Positions 31,889 through 42,074 of a stretch of DNA of 64,000 bases are shown in pieces (within the stretch, counting starts at the first letter, position 1; every line of letters starts with the position of its first letter). The stretch spans positions 410 through 64,409 of the forward strand of contig CALAJO010000035.1 in assembly GCA_937922745.1 (NCBI GenBank). Reading direction: 5' to 3'. This stretch comes from an uncultured cyanobacterium (lineage in GTDB: Bacteria; Cyanobacteriota; Vampirovibrionia; Vampirovibrionales; JAGQHJ01). A program made the translations under genes and the position numbers. The notes under the pieces were generated by a model that saw only the letters and a program-made list of their open reading frames with translations, was not told where the DNA came from and did not search any database.

Positions 31889-32313
31889 ATGATCATGCAA
31901 ATCCGTTTTACGCCTTTGGGAGAGCACAAAACCAGAAAGAACAGGTTGCTCGATTTTTGGAGCGTACGAAGGAACTAGACATTCCTGCTTTACACTTTTG
32001 GGTGACTGGCAAAAATGGAAACCATCTCATCGCCAGAGAACCACAAGGTGATGAAGTGGTACAACTTACTGATTACGCTATGAATAAGCTAGCTTCCGAC
32101 ACGTACGTGAATCGTGAACAACATTACATCGCTACGACTGAACAAGATGTCTCAACAATTCGTTTCTTAATCTCATTTTGCAAGAGTATGTACGTAAAGG
32201 GAGAGGGTAATGAAAAAGCAGGTGACTTGCTTAGCCATACAGCTCAAAAAGTAGTCAATTCTTTGGTTTCTTATATTGAAACAAGGGTAAAATTTGGTAT
32301 TGTTAACATTTAA
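31889..32313 (+). pseudogene. Orphan gene with an apparent 1-nt frameshift near the 5' end
   Basis: AGGA RBS and ATG (MIMQIRF) are out of frame with the long ORF; one extra T in the run at 31906-09 would give MIMQIRFYAFGRAQNQKEQVARFLERTKELD... Confidence 0.55.
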
Positions 32314-32351
32314 GACATAATTCTCTTAAGTTAGTAACACCCAAAATTTTA

Positions 32352-32391
32352 AATAAAAAAGAGGACCTCTACACACGAGCAAAGAGGTCCT
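32352..32391 (-). terminator. Intrinsic terminator downstream of the clpP-like gene
   Basis: Stem aggacctct/agaggtcct with an adjacent A-run on + (U-tract on -). Confidence 0.75.
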
Positions 32392-32428
32392 AAATGGGAG
32401 GGCAAATCACATCAAGCCTGCTGGTTTT

Positions 32429-33415
32429 TTACGCGATAATCTCCAGTCTCGGCTGACGTGTCTCCTCTGGCCTGGCCCTGCGAGAAGGGCCAAGTAACCC
32501 TTCCCTACCCGACAGATGGAATCGGGCATAAGGCTGGCCGGAAGATATGGATGTTCGACTGCTTCCCTGCCTCTCTTCTCCGGACGGTAATGCCTCTTCG
32601 TAGTGCGGCACCCTGTCAAAGTCAATTCCCTGTTCAGGCTGCGCTTGTTGGGCCCTTGGGTTTGAAAACCGCGGGTCAATCTCAACTGTGGGCAAGTCGT
32701 CATAATCGTTTTCTTCATCACGCCGGCTGATTTCGGCATCCTTCATATGCGCCACCGCCTCACGCGAGACTGCCTGGTTGCCTTGCAGCAGCACGTAATC
32801 CACCAGGCCCAGCTTGAGCGCCTGTAGCGGATAGATATAACAATCGCTGCTGGTCATCTCCCGAACTTTGGCCATGGGCAAGCCGGTCTTCTGACTGATC
32901 AAGCGGTCTATCCGGTCGCGGGCGCGGGTAATCTCCCGGCTTTTATTGGCAATTTCCTCGGCATTGCCGCCAATTTTTTCCACCCACGGCTGATGGACCA
33001 TCAGCTTGGCATATCGGTCGATAAAGACACGGGGATCCTTGCCTGCCGTCATCAATAACGTAACCGCCATGCTGCTGGCCTGTCCCATCACGATTAAATC
33101 GAGAGGAAAAGGCATCTGGCGGAGCATGGCGCTGAGTTTGTAGCCTTGCGTAATGGAGCCGCCGGGCGAGTTGATTATCATCTTCAGGCTTCCGTTATCC
33201 TGATTAGCCCGTTTTTCCTGGGCAATTTTCAACAGCGCATTGGTGGCTGTATACACAATTTCGTCCGTAATGTCCGCTGTAAAATCCAGCACGTAGGGGT
33301 CTTCCATCATGGTTTCCCCAAACCGGACTGAAGGTTTTCCCCGGTCTTTCGGCCCTGGCAGCAATTGCATCGCCGCATGCGATGTGATCCGTTGATTCGG
33401 AAGCACACTCAGCAT
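32429..33415 (-). CDS. ClpP-family serine protease with N-terminal leader and long C-terminal extension
   Basis: IINSPGGSI, GQASSMA (Ser), MVHQP (His), SSDCYIYPLQALKLGLVD (Asp). Confidence 0.9.
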   Translation of the reverse strand: MLSVLPNQRITSHAAMQLLPGPKDRGKPSVRFGETMMEDPYVLDFTADITDEIVYTATNALLKIAQEKRANQDNGSLKMIINSPGGSITQGYKLSAMLRQMPFPLDLIVMGQASSMAVTLLMTAGKDPRVFIDRYAKLMVHQPWVEKIGGNAEEIANKSREITRARDRIDRLISQKTGLPMAKVREMTSSDCYIYPLQALKLGLVDYVLLQGNQAVSREAVAHMKDAEISRRDEENDYDDLPTVEIDPRFSNPRAQQAQPEQGIDFDRVPHYEEALPSGEERQGSSRTSISSGQPYARFHLSGREGLLGPSRRARPEETRQPRLEIIA

Positions 33416-33668
33416 TATAATTCGTCCTCGCTTGTTCCCACCTCTTTTGGTTCAGCCTGGTTAAGAGCAAGCCAAACCGTATCTCAACCGAATGGTTATT
33501 TCCCTGCCTCACTAACAGAAAAATCATACTAATGGTTAATTAAACATGCAATATATATTAAGAAATGTTTCTCCCAATTTCTTTAAACACGCTGGCATCA
33601 AATCTGGGAGCACGGTTTTTATACAAGTAGAGGGGATAACGATTTGTTGTGAAGGGGGATAAACAGAG

Positions 33669-34145
33669 ATGGGCTTATTTGGCATTCCTAGGGCTGCACG
33701 AGCATTCCAACCTTTTGATTTACCGCCTGGCGGCTTTCAGGCCGGTGTAACCACCGTACCAAATTTAACTGAACCCATTGATGTGGTTTGTATCGGTAAG
33801 CGCGATAATAATTGCACTGGAGAAGAGCCAATGCTGAGAGAAGGTCGTATTAGCGTTTCCGCAGTACCAGATGAAGGCGAGCCAGAGCAAACCCAATCAT
33901 CAGCTGTAGAACTTGAACTACGGGATGATCCTCGACTGAATCATATTTTTGGCCAGCTTGGCTTGCAAGCCCCACCATCTATTACGGTTGGGGAAAAAGA
34001 TAATGCTTTTGCAAAAAGCAAGGGTACACCAACCACAGGCTTTCGAGATTCCGAAAGAATTCCACTCGATCCCGAAAGCCAGGCAGTTGTACCGGCAGAG
34101 ATGGGAGCTCCAGGCAGGAAGCCTCGCATTGTATTGAGCGCCTAA
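33669..34145 (+). CDS. Orphan protein
   Basis: GGGGGA RBS, 158 aa; promoter-like motif at 33595-33621; ends RKPRIVLSA. Confidence 0.75.
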   Translation: MGLFGIPRAARAFQPFDLPPGGFQAGVTTVPNLTEPIDVVCIGKRDNNCTGEEPMLREGRISVSAVPDEGEPEQTQSSAVELELRDDPRLNHIFGQLGLQAPPSITVGEKDNAFAKSKGTPTTGFRDSERIPLDPESQAVVPAEMGAPGRKPRIVLSA

Positions 34146-34501
34146 ATTTTAGTCCTCCTTATCCCACGCCTGCATTCACCGGCTGATACATTGAAGCCGG
34201 TGAAATGCGCGTGTGTAAAAAATTACGGGAAATCCGCAGAAAACCATTTTCTTTCCCAAACGGATGAGGCATACTATCGGCAAGAGTGCGTTAATAAAAT
34301 GGCCCTTTTGCTGATGACGTCTTTGGTTGAATCACCCAAACGCTTGCCAGGTACGCAAAAAAAATTGGATTCCCTGAATTTGAAAAATTTGGGCCAAAAT
34401 GGCTGGAAACTATCAAAAATGCAAGTCTTCCGGTTTTTTTATGTCTGGTACAATAACAAAAGTACCGTGCAAACACCGTCCCTTGCTTTTGGAATTTGAT
34501 A

Positions 34502-35809
34502 ATGACTGTGGCAAAACACTATACCGCACCCAAGGCGAAAGCCAAAAATAACGAACCCTCTTGGTTTGTCGTCATTCTCCTCAGTGGTATTCTTAGCGGC
34601 ATGCTGCTTTTTACCATTGGCTGGTACATGTCGCTGCCGGAGACCCAACGCACCGCCGTAATCGACAAACTGGTCGCAACCAAGGATATCTTCCCCGGCA
34701 TTATGGGCCTCAACCAATCCAAGCTGTTGCTGGTCATGGGCGTCGATATGCCGCCCCTTGGGTCAACGGACGACTATCACGCTGTTCGGACGGATACAAT
34801 GATGCTGGTGAAGCTGGATAACGGCAGCAAGCGCATCAATGTCGTGTCCATTCCTCGGGATAGCAAGGTGTATATCGCCGGCAGCAACCGAGTCGATAAG
34901 ATTAACGCCGCCTTTACCTATGGCGGCCCGGAATCGACGGTTGCCACCGTGGAGTCCACGCTTGGGGTTGACATTGACAACTATATCGTGGCCAATATTC
35001 GTGGCGTGCGGGATTTCATCGATGCCCTTGGCGGGATCGACATTTATGTTGAAAAGCCGATGCACTATCGTGACCGCACCGCAGGATTAAATATTAACCT
35101 TGAACCCGGATACCAGCATCTTAACGGTGTTCAAGCGGAAGGGTTTTTAAGGTTCCGTCATGATGCACTGGGCGATATTGGCCGGATTCGTCGGCAGCAG
35201 CAGTTCATTAATGCCGTTAGCGCCAAGGTAAAAGACCCGGAAACGCTATTGAGAATCAAGCCGATTTTATCCGCCAGCAACAAGTTTGTTTTAACCGATA
35301 TGTCTACCCAGGATCTGATTCGCCTGGCCATGTTCGCCAAGGACATGGATAAATCCGGCGTCCAAACGGCCACGCTGCCCGGACGCCCCTCTTTAAACAG
35401 CGCCGTCAGCTATTGGATTATCGACCCGCAAGCGGCTGAGGCTGTTTTAAACCGCCTTATTGTGGGCGTAAACAGCAGCGAGGAACTGGGTGTAAACGAA
35501 AAACCCACGGTCGGCCTGCTGTATACCAGCAGCCATCAGGGGCAGGTGGCGGATTACCGCGCCAAACTGGAAGCCGAAGGGTTTGATGTGGTTTGCCGAT
35601 CCCAAGTGCGGCGCAGCACCACCAAAGTAATTACGCATAACGCCGCAGCAACCCAAAAAACCAGTGCCCGTCTGCTTGAAACCATGCCGGCCTTGTCTAG
35701 CGCGCAGTTGATTTTTTCGCCGCATGGCGGTACATTTGAGACGAATTCATGCGGTCGTTCCGATTACACCATCGTTCTTGGAGAAGATAGGAGTGCATCA
35801 AACCAATGA
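34502..35809 (+). CDS. LCP (LytR-CpsA-Psr) family phosphotransferase
   Basis: TM anchor; RTDTMML, VSIPRDSKV, KINAAF, FIDALGGI, FLRFRHDALGDIGRIRRQQ. Confidence 0.95.
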   Translation: MTVAKHYTAPKAKAKNNEPSWFVVILLSGILSGMLLFTIGWYMSLPETQRTAVIDKLVATKDIFPGIMGLNQSKLLLVMGVDMPPLGSTDDYHAVRTDTMMLVKLDNGSKRINVVSIPRDSKVYIAGSNRVDKINAAFTYGGPESTVATVESTLGVDIDNYIVANIRGVRDFIDALGGIDIYVEKPMHYRDRTAGLNINLEPGYQHLNGVQAEGFLRFRHDALGDIGRIRRQQQFINAVSAKVKDPETLLRIKPILSASNKFVLTDMSTQDLIRLAMFAKDMDKSGVQTATLPGRPSLNSAVSYWIIDPQAAEAVLNRLIVGVNSSEELGVNEKPTVGLLYTSSHQGQVADYRAKLEAEGFDVVCRSQVRRSTTKVITHNAAATQKTSARLLETMPALSSAQLIFSPHGGTFETNSCGRSDYTIVLGEDRSASNQ

Positions 35810-36594
35810 AGAAATGGATCGTCCCCGTATTGGCCGTTACCCTGCTGAGCAGCAGTGTCTGTACGCAAGCTCACGCATGGCCATGGGGTAAAAAAGACAA
35901 AGAAGAAACCACCCAGGTCAAAACACAGACAAAAACCCAGGTGAAGGCCAGCGCTCCCAAAACAGCGCCAAAGGTTGATGAAACCCCTGCCGCTTCCCAA
36001 GCCGAAATGATGCCGCTTGCGGATACCGCTGCCGATTCGCCCAAGGTCAAAATCCAAAGCCCCATTAGTGCCGAGATTGACGGCTTGAAAGTGGAAGACC
36101 CTATTGAAAGCACAGTGCTGCCTCCGGATAAAACGTTTGTCGCGATTGATGACCCCAGTAATCCTTTGGGAATCAGCACTTCCGCACAAAAGCTAAATGA
36201 CAGCGCATTGCTCATCAGCCAAAAGAAGTACGCCGAAGCGGAAAAAATCCTGAATCCTTTGAAAGATTGGCTGATTGATGCCACCGAAGCCCACATTACC
36301 CTGCACAAAACGTTGAAGCAGATCGGCAGCGCCCAGGTTCAGGCGGAACTGGAAAAGCAGCTTGCTTTGCAGTTTGCATTGCTCCGCGATAAGGCGTTCT
36401 TTCAGTTGGGAATGGTATCCGTGGGACGGAATGACTATAACAACGCTATCAAAAACCTGTCTCGCGTAATCCAGTCCCAACCCAGAAGCGCGATGGGCGC
36501 CCAAGCCTACGAAGTGCTTCAGAAAATTGGGTTTACCGAAAGAATCCAGCTTCGCGAAACCAAAAAAGAAGTGACGACATCCAGTAGTAACTAA
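35806..36594 (+). CDS. Exported TPR-like protein
   Basis: Signal peptide (AHA); helical TPR-like C-terminal half; ATGA overlap with the LCP gene. Confidence 0.75.
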   Translation: MKKWIVPVLAVTLLSSSVCTQAHAWPWGKKDKEETTQVKTQTKTQVKASAPKTAPKVDETPAASQAEMMPLADTAADSPKVKIQSPISAEIDGLKVEDPIESTVLPPDKTFVAIDDPSNPLGISTSAQKLNDSALLISQKKYAEAEKILNPLKDWLIDATEAHITLHKTLKQIGSAQVQAELEKQLALQFALLRDKAFFQLGMVSVGRNDYNNAIKNLSRVIQSQPRSAMGAQAYEVLQKIGFTERIQLRETKKEVTTSSSN

Positions 36595-36605
36595 CGTTAC
36601 GGTAT

Positions 36606-36869
36606 ATGACACGCCAGAGCGTTACGCTTGCCACAACCATTGCCGCTGAGGATGGCCTGCTTGCAGACTTGTTTGCAGGCCTCCGCAGTTGTGCCGTAAA
36701 CGTTCGCAAGCTTGCTTACATGGCGTGTTTTTCAGCCCAGCTTCAAGGGCACTGCTATATCCACTTAGAGTTGGAGTACGCCCAGGATAACCCGGAGCAG
36801 GTCTCCCATATCGAACAGCTCCAACTCAGGTTCCATCGGCTGGCGAGCAGTTGCAATTGCCATCAATAA
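36606..36869 (+). CDS. Small hypothetical protein, possibly ACT-like
   Basis: 87 aa ORF in an operon position, followed by a terminator. Confidence 0.55.
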   Translation: MTRQSVTLATTIAAEDGLLADLFAGLRSCAVNVRKLAYMACFSAQLQGHCYIHLELEYAQDNPEQVSHIEQLQLRFHRLASSCNCHQ

Positions 36870-36880
36870 AACAGAACAAG

Positions 36881-36915
36881 AAAAGCCCCGGTTATATCAA
36901 CAACCGGGGCTTTTT
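36881..36915. terminator. Bidirectional intrinsic terminator
   Basis: aaaagccccggtt...aaccggggcttttt. Confidence 0.85.
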
Positions 36916-37039
36916 AGTGTGTTGAGGAGAGAGCGTCAATGAACAAGAGGTTACTGTATCGTGTTATCAGGAGAAACTTCCTGTCGGTGACGGAATCCCT
37001 GATTGGAAGCGGACTGTCCGCTTCCAAAAGTTAACTGGC

Positions 37040-38119
37040 TTATTGGGTTGCCAGGTATTCCCGCAGATGCTGGATGTCCTTGTTCATCCGAAGCTTTTTC
37101 AAGGAGCGTTCCTCAATCTGCCGGATTCTTTCCTTGGAGTAACCCATCGCCTTCCCGATTTCTTCCAGGGTTTTGCGACGACCGGAGAAAATCCCGTAAC
37201 GCTCGATCAGAATGTGCCGCTCTTTGGGAGAAAGCACTTCGATGGCCTGAATCAGATCCTCGGACAGGAATTTCTTGGAGATAACGGAGGTCGGCGAGAC
37301 TTCCTCTCCCGTATCCTGTACGTAATCTTCCAGCGTCAGGTCTTCGCCAATCGGCGTATCCAAACTGCGAGACTCGGTGGCCATTGCGGTTAAAATCGCT
37401 CGTACTTTCTTCTCGGGCAATTTCAACTCCTTGGACAATTCCTTGATGTTGGGCTCGCGGCCCAGCTTTAAGGACATCTCGCGGCTGGTGGTCTTCAGCA
37501 GCCGAATTTTATCCGACATGTGAATCGGGATCCGAATGGTACGGGACGTATTGGCAATCGAGCGAATAATGGCCTGGCGGATCCACCAGGTTGCATACGT
37601 GGAAAACTTGAACCCTTTACGGTAATCGTACCGCTCAACCGCTTTAATCAAGCCCAGGCTCCCTTCCTGAACCAAGTCCATAAACAGGACGCCTTGACCG
37701 ATGTATTTGCGGGCGATACTAATCACCAAACGAAGGTTGGCTTTCACCAGTTTTTCCTTGGCGCGTTTGCCTTCCTCGCCACCCTGGCGAATCTTTTTGC
37801 CAAGTTCAATTTCTTCCTTATGTGTCAGGAGCGATGAACGGCCCACATCCTTCAGGAACATCTGGAGAATGTCATCCGCCTTGAAATTATATTTCTCCTC
37901 GGTCGACAGACTCTCGGATGCCAGAATGAGCTGTTCTTCCTTTTCAAGGTTCTCGGCATCATCCAGATCGAGCTGGGCAGGTTCTGCAACGTCGGCGAAT
38001 TCTTCATCTTCGTCCAGAAAAATCTGTTCCAGTACGCTGTTCTCATCCACTACAACGGCAGAATCATCCAATTCCAGTTCGTCTGCTTGAGCCACTGCTT
38101 TTGTCTTCTTTTTCCCCAT
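37040..38119 (-). CDS. Sigma-70 family RNA polymerase sigma factor (RpoD-like, probably group 2)
   Basis: [51 protein letters not shown]...ERIRQIE; substitutions in regions 2.4 and 4.2 relative to RpoD. Confidence 0.93.
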   Translation of the reverse strand: MGKKKTKAVAQADELELDDSAVVVDENSVLEQIFLDEDEEFADVAEPAQLDLDDAENLEKEEQLILASESLSTEEKYNFKADDILQMFLKDVGRSSLLTHKEEIELGKKIRQGGEEGKRAKEKLVKANLRLVISIARKYIGQGVLFMDLVQEGSLGLIKAVERYDYRKGFKFSTYATWWIRQAIIRSIANTSRTIRIPIHMSDKIRLLKTTSREMSLKLGREPNIKELSKELKLPEKKVRAILTAMATESRSLDTPIGEDLTLEDYVQDTGEEVSPTSVISKKFLSEDLIQAIEVLSPKERHILIERYGIFSGRRKTLEEIGKAMGYSKERIRQIEERSLKKLRMNKDIQHLREYLATQ

Positions 38120-38541
38120 GGCCTCTTCCTATCCTTCTTTCAACTTTCTTACCGCTTCTATCTGTTTATCCAATTTCAGCCTATGTCATCAGCACTTGGA
38201 ATATTGGGCTAAATCATGTTGGCTATAGATTATGACGCATGTTAATGGATTTGTTCCTCTTTTTTAGAAAAAAATTTTTGACATTAATGATTTCTTAAGC
38301 ATTGTGGATTAATTGCGAAACATAGGTCAGAAGGGTTTTTATTGATGAGCTTGTATTTTTAAAAGTGTGATTTAATCAATTACCCTATTGTTCTATTTTA
38401 GAAATTTAAAAACGGTTTTAACACCCCTAATCGGGTAGCAAATACGTCCAGGCACACAACCGTCAATACCCCTGCCTGGTAAAATACAGGCAGCACGGGA
38501 AATTATTTGACTTTTACTTAAACTAGTCGATTAGGCTATTT

Positions 38542-39441
38542 TTATCCCAGAATGGCATCGGTTTGCAGGCGCATCTGCAACACATCCGCCAGGATGTCGG
38601 CCGTTTCCGGCGCGTGAACCAGGTAAAGGGACGGCTCAACCACTTCCAGCTCCGATACGCAAAGCCGGTTCTTGTCATCAACCACCATATCCACACGGCC
38701 GTATAATGTCTCAAACCCGGCGGCATCCAGCACGCTCTCTGCAAAGGCAATTTCTTCCGCCATGGGTTGATAACGCCGGGTTGTCCCTCCCAAATGCTCG
38801 TGGACTTTAAACTGCCCGGACTGCGGCTTCTTAACGACAGCGTGGGTAAATGCGCCATCCACAAAAACAAACGAGTATTCTCCCACCGTGGTGATGCTTT
38901 GAATAAACGGCTGAATCATCAACGAGCGCGTTTGCGCCAGCAGCGCCATCTGCGCCTGAACATCCGCCATGTTCTCAGGTGTAACCCAGTGCGTATCGTT
39001 ACCGTTGGCAGAAACCGTAGGTTTTATTACGGCCTGCTCCCACTGGTTGGATGCCATCACCGCAGCCAAGTCAAACGGCTCGCCGGCCGCAACCCAGCGT
39101 GTCGGCACAATCCGAACGCCGCGTGCTTCCAGATCCTGAAGATAAACCTTGTCCGTATTCCATCGAATGACCTCAAACGGGTTCCAAAGCTGGGTCACTT
39201 CGGCGACCTGCTGCGCCCAAGCCAGGAATTGATCCTTGCGCGGCGTGTAATCCCACGTGGAGCGAACCAGGCACATCTCCATATCGCCCCAGTCCACCGC
39301 CGGGTCATCCCAGATGAGAGGCTGTGCATCGATATTGCGCTTTTGCAAAGCATAAAGCAATAGCCTGCTGTCGTCATCCAACAGGGGTAAGGCTGCACTG
39401 GTTGCTAATCCGATATCCATCTCATCCACTCTTTCTGTCAT
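38542..39441 (-). CDS. RimK/glutathione-synthetase-like ATP-grasp protein
   Basis: VRSTWDY, WNTDKVYL, VIKPTVSA, IQPF, YGRVD, ELEVVEPSLYL. Confidence 0.88.
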   Translation of the reverse strand: MTERVDEMDIGLATSAALPLLDDDSRLLLYALQKRNIDAQPLIWDDPAVDWGDMEMCLVRSTWDYTPRKDQFLAWAQQVAEVTQLWNPFEVIRWNTDKVYLQDLEARGVRIVPTRWVAAGEPFDLAAVMASNQWEQAVIKPTVSANGNDTHWVTPENMADVQAQMALLAQTRSLMIQPFIQSITTVGEYSFVFVDGAFTHAVVKKPQSGQFKVHEHLGGTTRRYQPMAEEIAFAESVLDAAGFETLYGRVDMVVDDKNRLCVSELEVVEPSLYLVHAPETADILADVLQMRLQTDAILG

Positions 39442-39518
39442 CGCGAGGCAATATGCCTAAAGTGTAACACTTTAAACGCCTATGCCAAGACCAACATGAG
39501 CAGCGATACGAAACAGAC

Positions 39519-40079
39519 CTAGGCAAGGTAAGGTTTAAATTCTATCCGCTTCACTTCTACAGAATCATATGGATTTTTCGTCTTAGAGGGTGATACAGAA
39601 TGCGGTTGCAGGAAAACATCAATCTGCCGGGTTGCGCCTGAACTGATAACATCCCTTAATGTACGGGCTTTAAGTGCCTTTCTCTCTTCTTCCAGTCCTG
39701 GACAGGTCAACTCTCCTGAGCGTTCGTCAAACTCCAGCTGACTTTCATATTTGGCTTCGATCACTCCTAATTCTACTTGATACCGTTCTCTGTCTGGCCC
39801 CGTTAACCAGGCAGTAACGCGTTGCCCATTACTTATTCCAGAAAGGCATAAAATCCGCTCTCCAGATTGATAGTCCTTGTCGTGCTTTGCAAAATAGTCG
39901 TGTACTCTTTTCACTTCAGGTGCAAAAGCTTTCAAAGCCGGATCCAAAGGGTTTTTTGAAAGGTTCCAGGAGAGCGCGCCAATCGCGTTTTGCCTGCTTT
40001 TGGCACTGGGACGGCCTCCCTTGACATACTTGACGTCTCCGAAAACAAATTGAGATGAAAATCGCAGATTCGAATCCAT
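39519..40079 (-). CDS. Orphan protein with LRFS leader
   Basis: AAGGGA RBS before MDSNLRFSSQFVFG; ends FKPYLA. Confidence 0.75.
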   Translation of the reverse strand: MDSNLRFSSQFVFGDVKYVKGGRPSAKSRQNAIGALSWNLSKNPLDPALKAFAPEVKRVHDYFAKHDKDYQSGERILCLSGISNGQRVTAWLTGPDRERYQVELGVIEAKYESQLEFDERSGELTCPGLEEERKALKARTLRDVISSGATRQIDVFLQPHSVSPSKTKNPYDSVEVKRIEFKPYLA

Positions 40080-40244
40080 GTGATATTCCCTTAATGAGAC
40101 ACTGTGAATATTAACGATTATCAATAAGAAAAATTGTTATAATCGTCTTCTGTCTTAACAAAAACCAGCCTAATCAAGGGGCTCAGTATTATACAGCTGA
40201 TGTTTCGTCTAAACTAAAATCATTTCCCATAACTTGGTCTCGTC

Positions 40245-40946
40245 ATGCGTGTTTTATCTATTGCACACTCAGGTAGAAATAAAGCGTCGTTATCAAAGAG
40301 AAACTCTACAGCAGTATTTCCTGTGAGCCAGGTTAACGACCGTCTTGCATTTTCTTTCGGAAATAATGCCAGCCATAAACCAAAACAGGGAAAAAACACC
40401 GTATATATTCCTGCACCTGCTATTCTTATTCAACAAGGTTCTGTAACACACAACCCCATTTATCAGGTGCTGACAAACTGGAGCGAGGCTGCCCGGAATC
40501 ATGCAATCACCATTAAACCCTCGCCGCTGCCAGTAGAAGAAGAGCCGGACAGGGAAACCCGGTTGCTGTTTTCATTTACTGTCTATAACCAAACCTTTCA
40601 AGTCGATACCCTGCCTTCACCGGACTCGCTGGAGACTGACATCCGCGTTACAGCTCTGCCCGGACCGGGTGACACTTCAGCTCCTCCTGCCTTTAAACAG
40701 CTTACCTTTAACGATCTGGGCTATCCGGGCACGGAGTATCGACAGCTTACACTCGTGGATTCGCAAGGCCAACGTCATAACATCACCGATATGCCGGCTG
40801 AGCAGTTGGCGCCCTGGGTGGGCGATGAGGAACTCAGCAGCTTCCATGTGAGTGAGGAAACAATCGCCATGGCCAATGACTTCTTTTTCGACCTGATCCA
40901 CCAAGCCCGCAAGATGTTTGACCCATTGCGCAACTTATCGGCTTGA
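40245..40946 (+). CDS. Orphan protein with S/R/K-rich leader ending FSFGN
   Basis: 233 aa ORF; ends PLRNLSA. Confidence 0.75.
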   Translation: MRVLSIAHSGRNKASLSKRNSTAVFPVSQVNDRLAFSFGNNASHKPKQGKNTVYIPAPAILIQQGSVTHNPIYQVLTNWSEAARNHAITIKPSPLPVEEEPDRETRLLFSFTVYNQTFQVDTLPSPDSLETDIRVTALPGPGDTSAPPAFKQLTFNDLGYPGTEYRQLTLVDSQGQRHNITDMPAEQLAPWVGDEELSSFHVSEETIAMANDFFFDLIHQARKMFDPLRNLSA

Positions 40947-40991
40947 GTGTTTTTAATAGACTGAATCGAAATAATCCTTGGGAGAAGCCCT

Positions 40992-41903
40992 ATGCTCCAA
41001 TCTGTTTCCTTTCTCTCTGCACAACGCTATCATGCCGGCGCTGCCACAAAATCCGCCCAAACTCGGCCACCCGGACAAGTGAGGATGGGAAGCGCCAATA
41101 ATAACACTTGTTCCCCTGGTCGCTCCTGCGGCTCCTGCATTGGCGATTTCTTCTACAACCTGTTAATCAAGCCGTTCGAAAAAGTGTTCAATCGGCTTAG
41201 CGAAATTCTGACCAATATCATGGATCAGGCTGAAGCGGATTTGAGGGCGGAGATTGAGGCGCAGAAACAGACCGAACAGCAAACATCCCTTCAGGATCCG
41301 AACCGGCCACATGTACGCAAGTGGAGCCTGGTTTCACCCCAGCCGAAAGAGGATCTCCTGATGAGGCTTTCTTCCAATCGTCGCAGCCGGTTCCACTCCC
41401 TTTCCGATGGGTTTAAGCAGCTTGGCTATCAAAACGGCTTCAGGCCAATGCCAAAGGGAGAAGGCATTAACGGCTACAGCAAACCCATGACGGATTTGGT
41501 GGGCGTGTTGTTGGGCCTGAAACACGACCATAATGTGCCGATTGATGTTAAACGGATTGCGCGGCTTGCCAAGCAACTGAACAATGTGATGAACAAATCC
41601 GTAACGACCGAAAAACTGGACAAACTGGTGGTAGAAGGCTTCATCGAACGGCAACCCCACATTAGCCATGCCGGGGATGTGAAGGAAGATCTCGATATTT
41701 TCCGAAGCATTCGCAAATCCATGAGGGACGACATCCTACCGGCACAAAAGCGAAACACCCCCGTCCAGGACAGAAATGTTGTGGCAGCATTGGAAAAACG
41801 AAAAGCCGAAACCGAAAAAGCCCTTCAACTGGTTGATAGATTGGCGCAATTGGTTGATTCGGGCCTGGTTCTGCAATTCCCCGACATGCTGGATATTCAA
41901 TAA
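40992..41903 (+). CDS. Orphan helical protein with leader ending VRMGS
   Basis: GGGAG RBS, 303 aa; promoter-like motif at 40930-40955; terminator at about 41935-41972. Confidence 0.8.
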   Translation: MLQSVSFLSAQRYHAGAATKSAQTRPPGQVRMGSANNNTCSPGRSCGSCIGDFFYNLLIKPFEKVFNRLSEILTNIMDQAEADLRAEIEAQKQTEQQTSLQDPNRPHVRKWSLVSPQPKEDLLMRLSSNRRSRFHSLSDGFKQLGYQNGFRPMPKGEGINGYSKPMTDLVGVLLGLKHDHNVPIDVKRIARLAKQLNNVMNKSVTTEKLDKLVVEGFIERQPHISHAGDVKEDLDIFRSIRKSMRDDILPAQKRNTPVQDRNVVAALEKRKAETEKALQLVDRLAQLVDSGLVLQFPDMLDIQ

Positions 41904-42074
41904 AACGCATCAATATTTGAGGCTCAACCCAATGAAAGCCCTGTTTCATCGGATACAGGGCTTTACATTTTTTAACAAACTAGCATCAACAGATCAAATA
42001 CTTGTTTTTATAACAATATAAAGAGAGATTATTTTTTCGTGTTGTTATACATGGTGGATAGGAGTTAGAGAACA

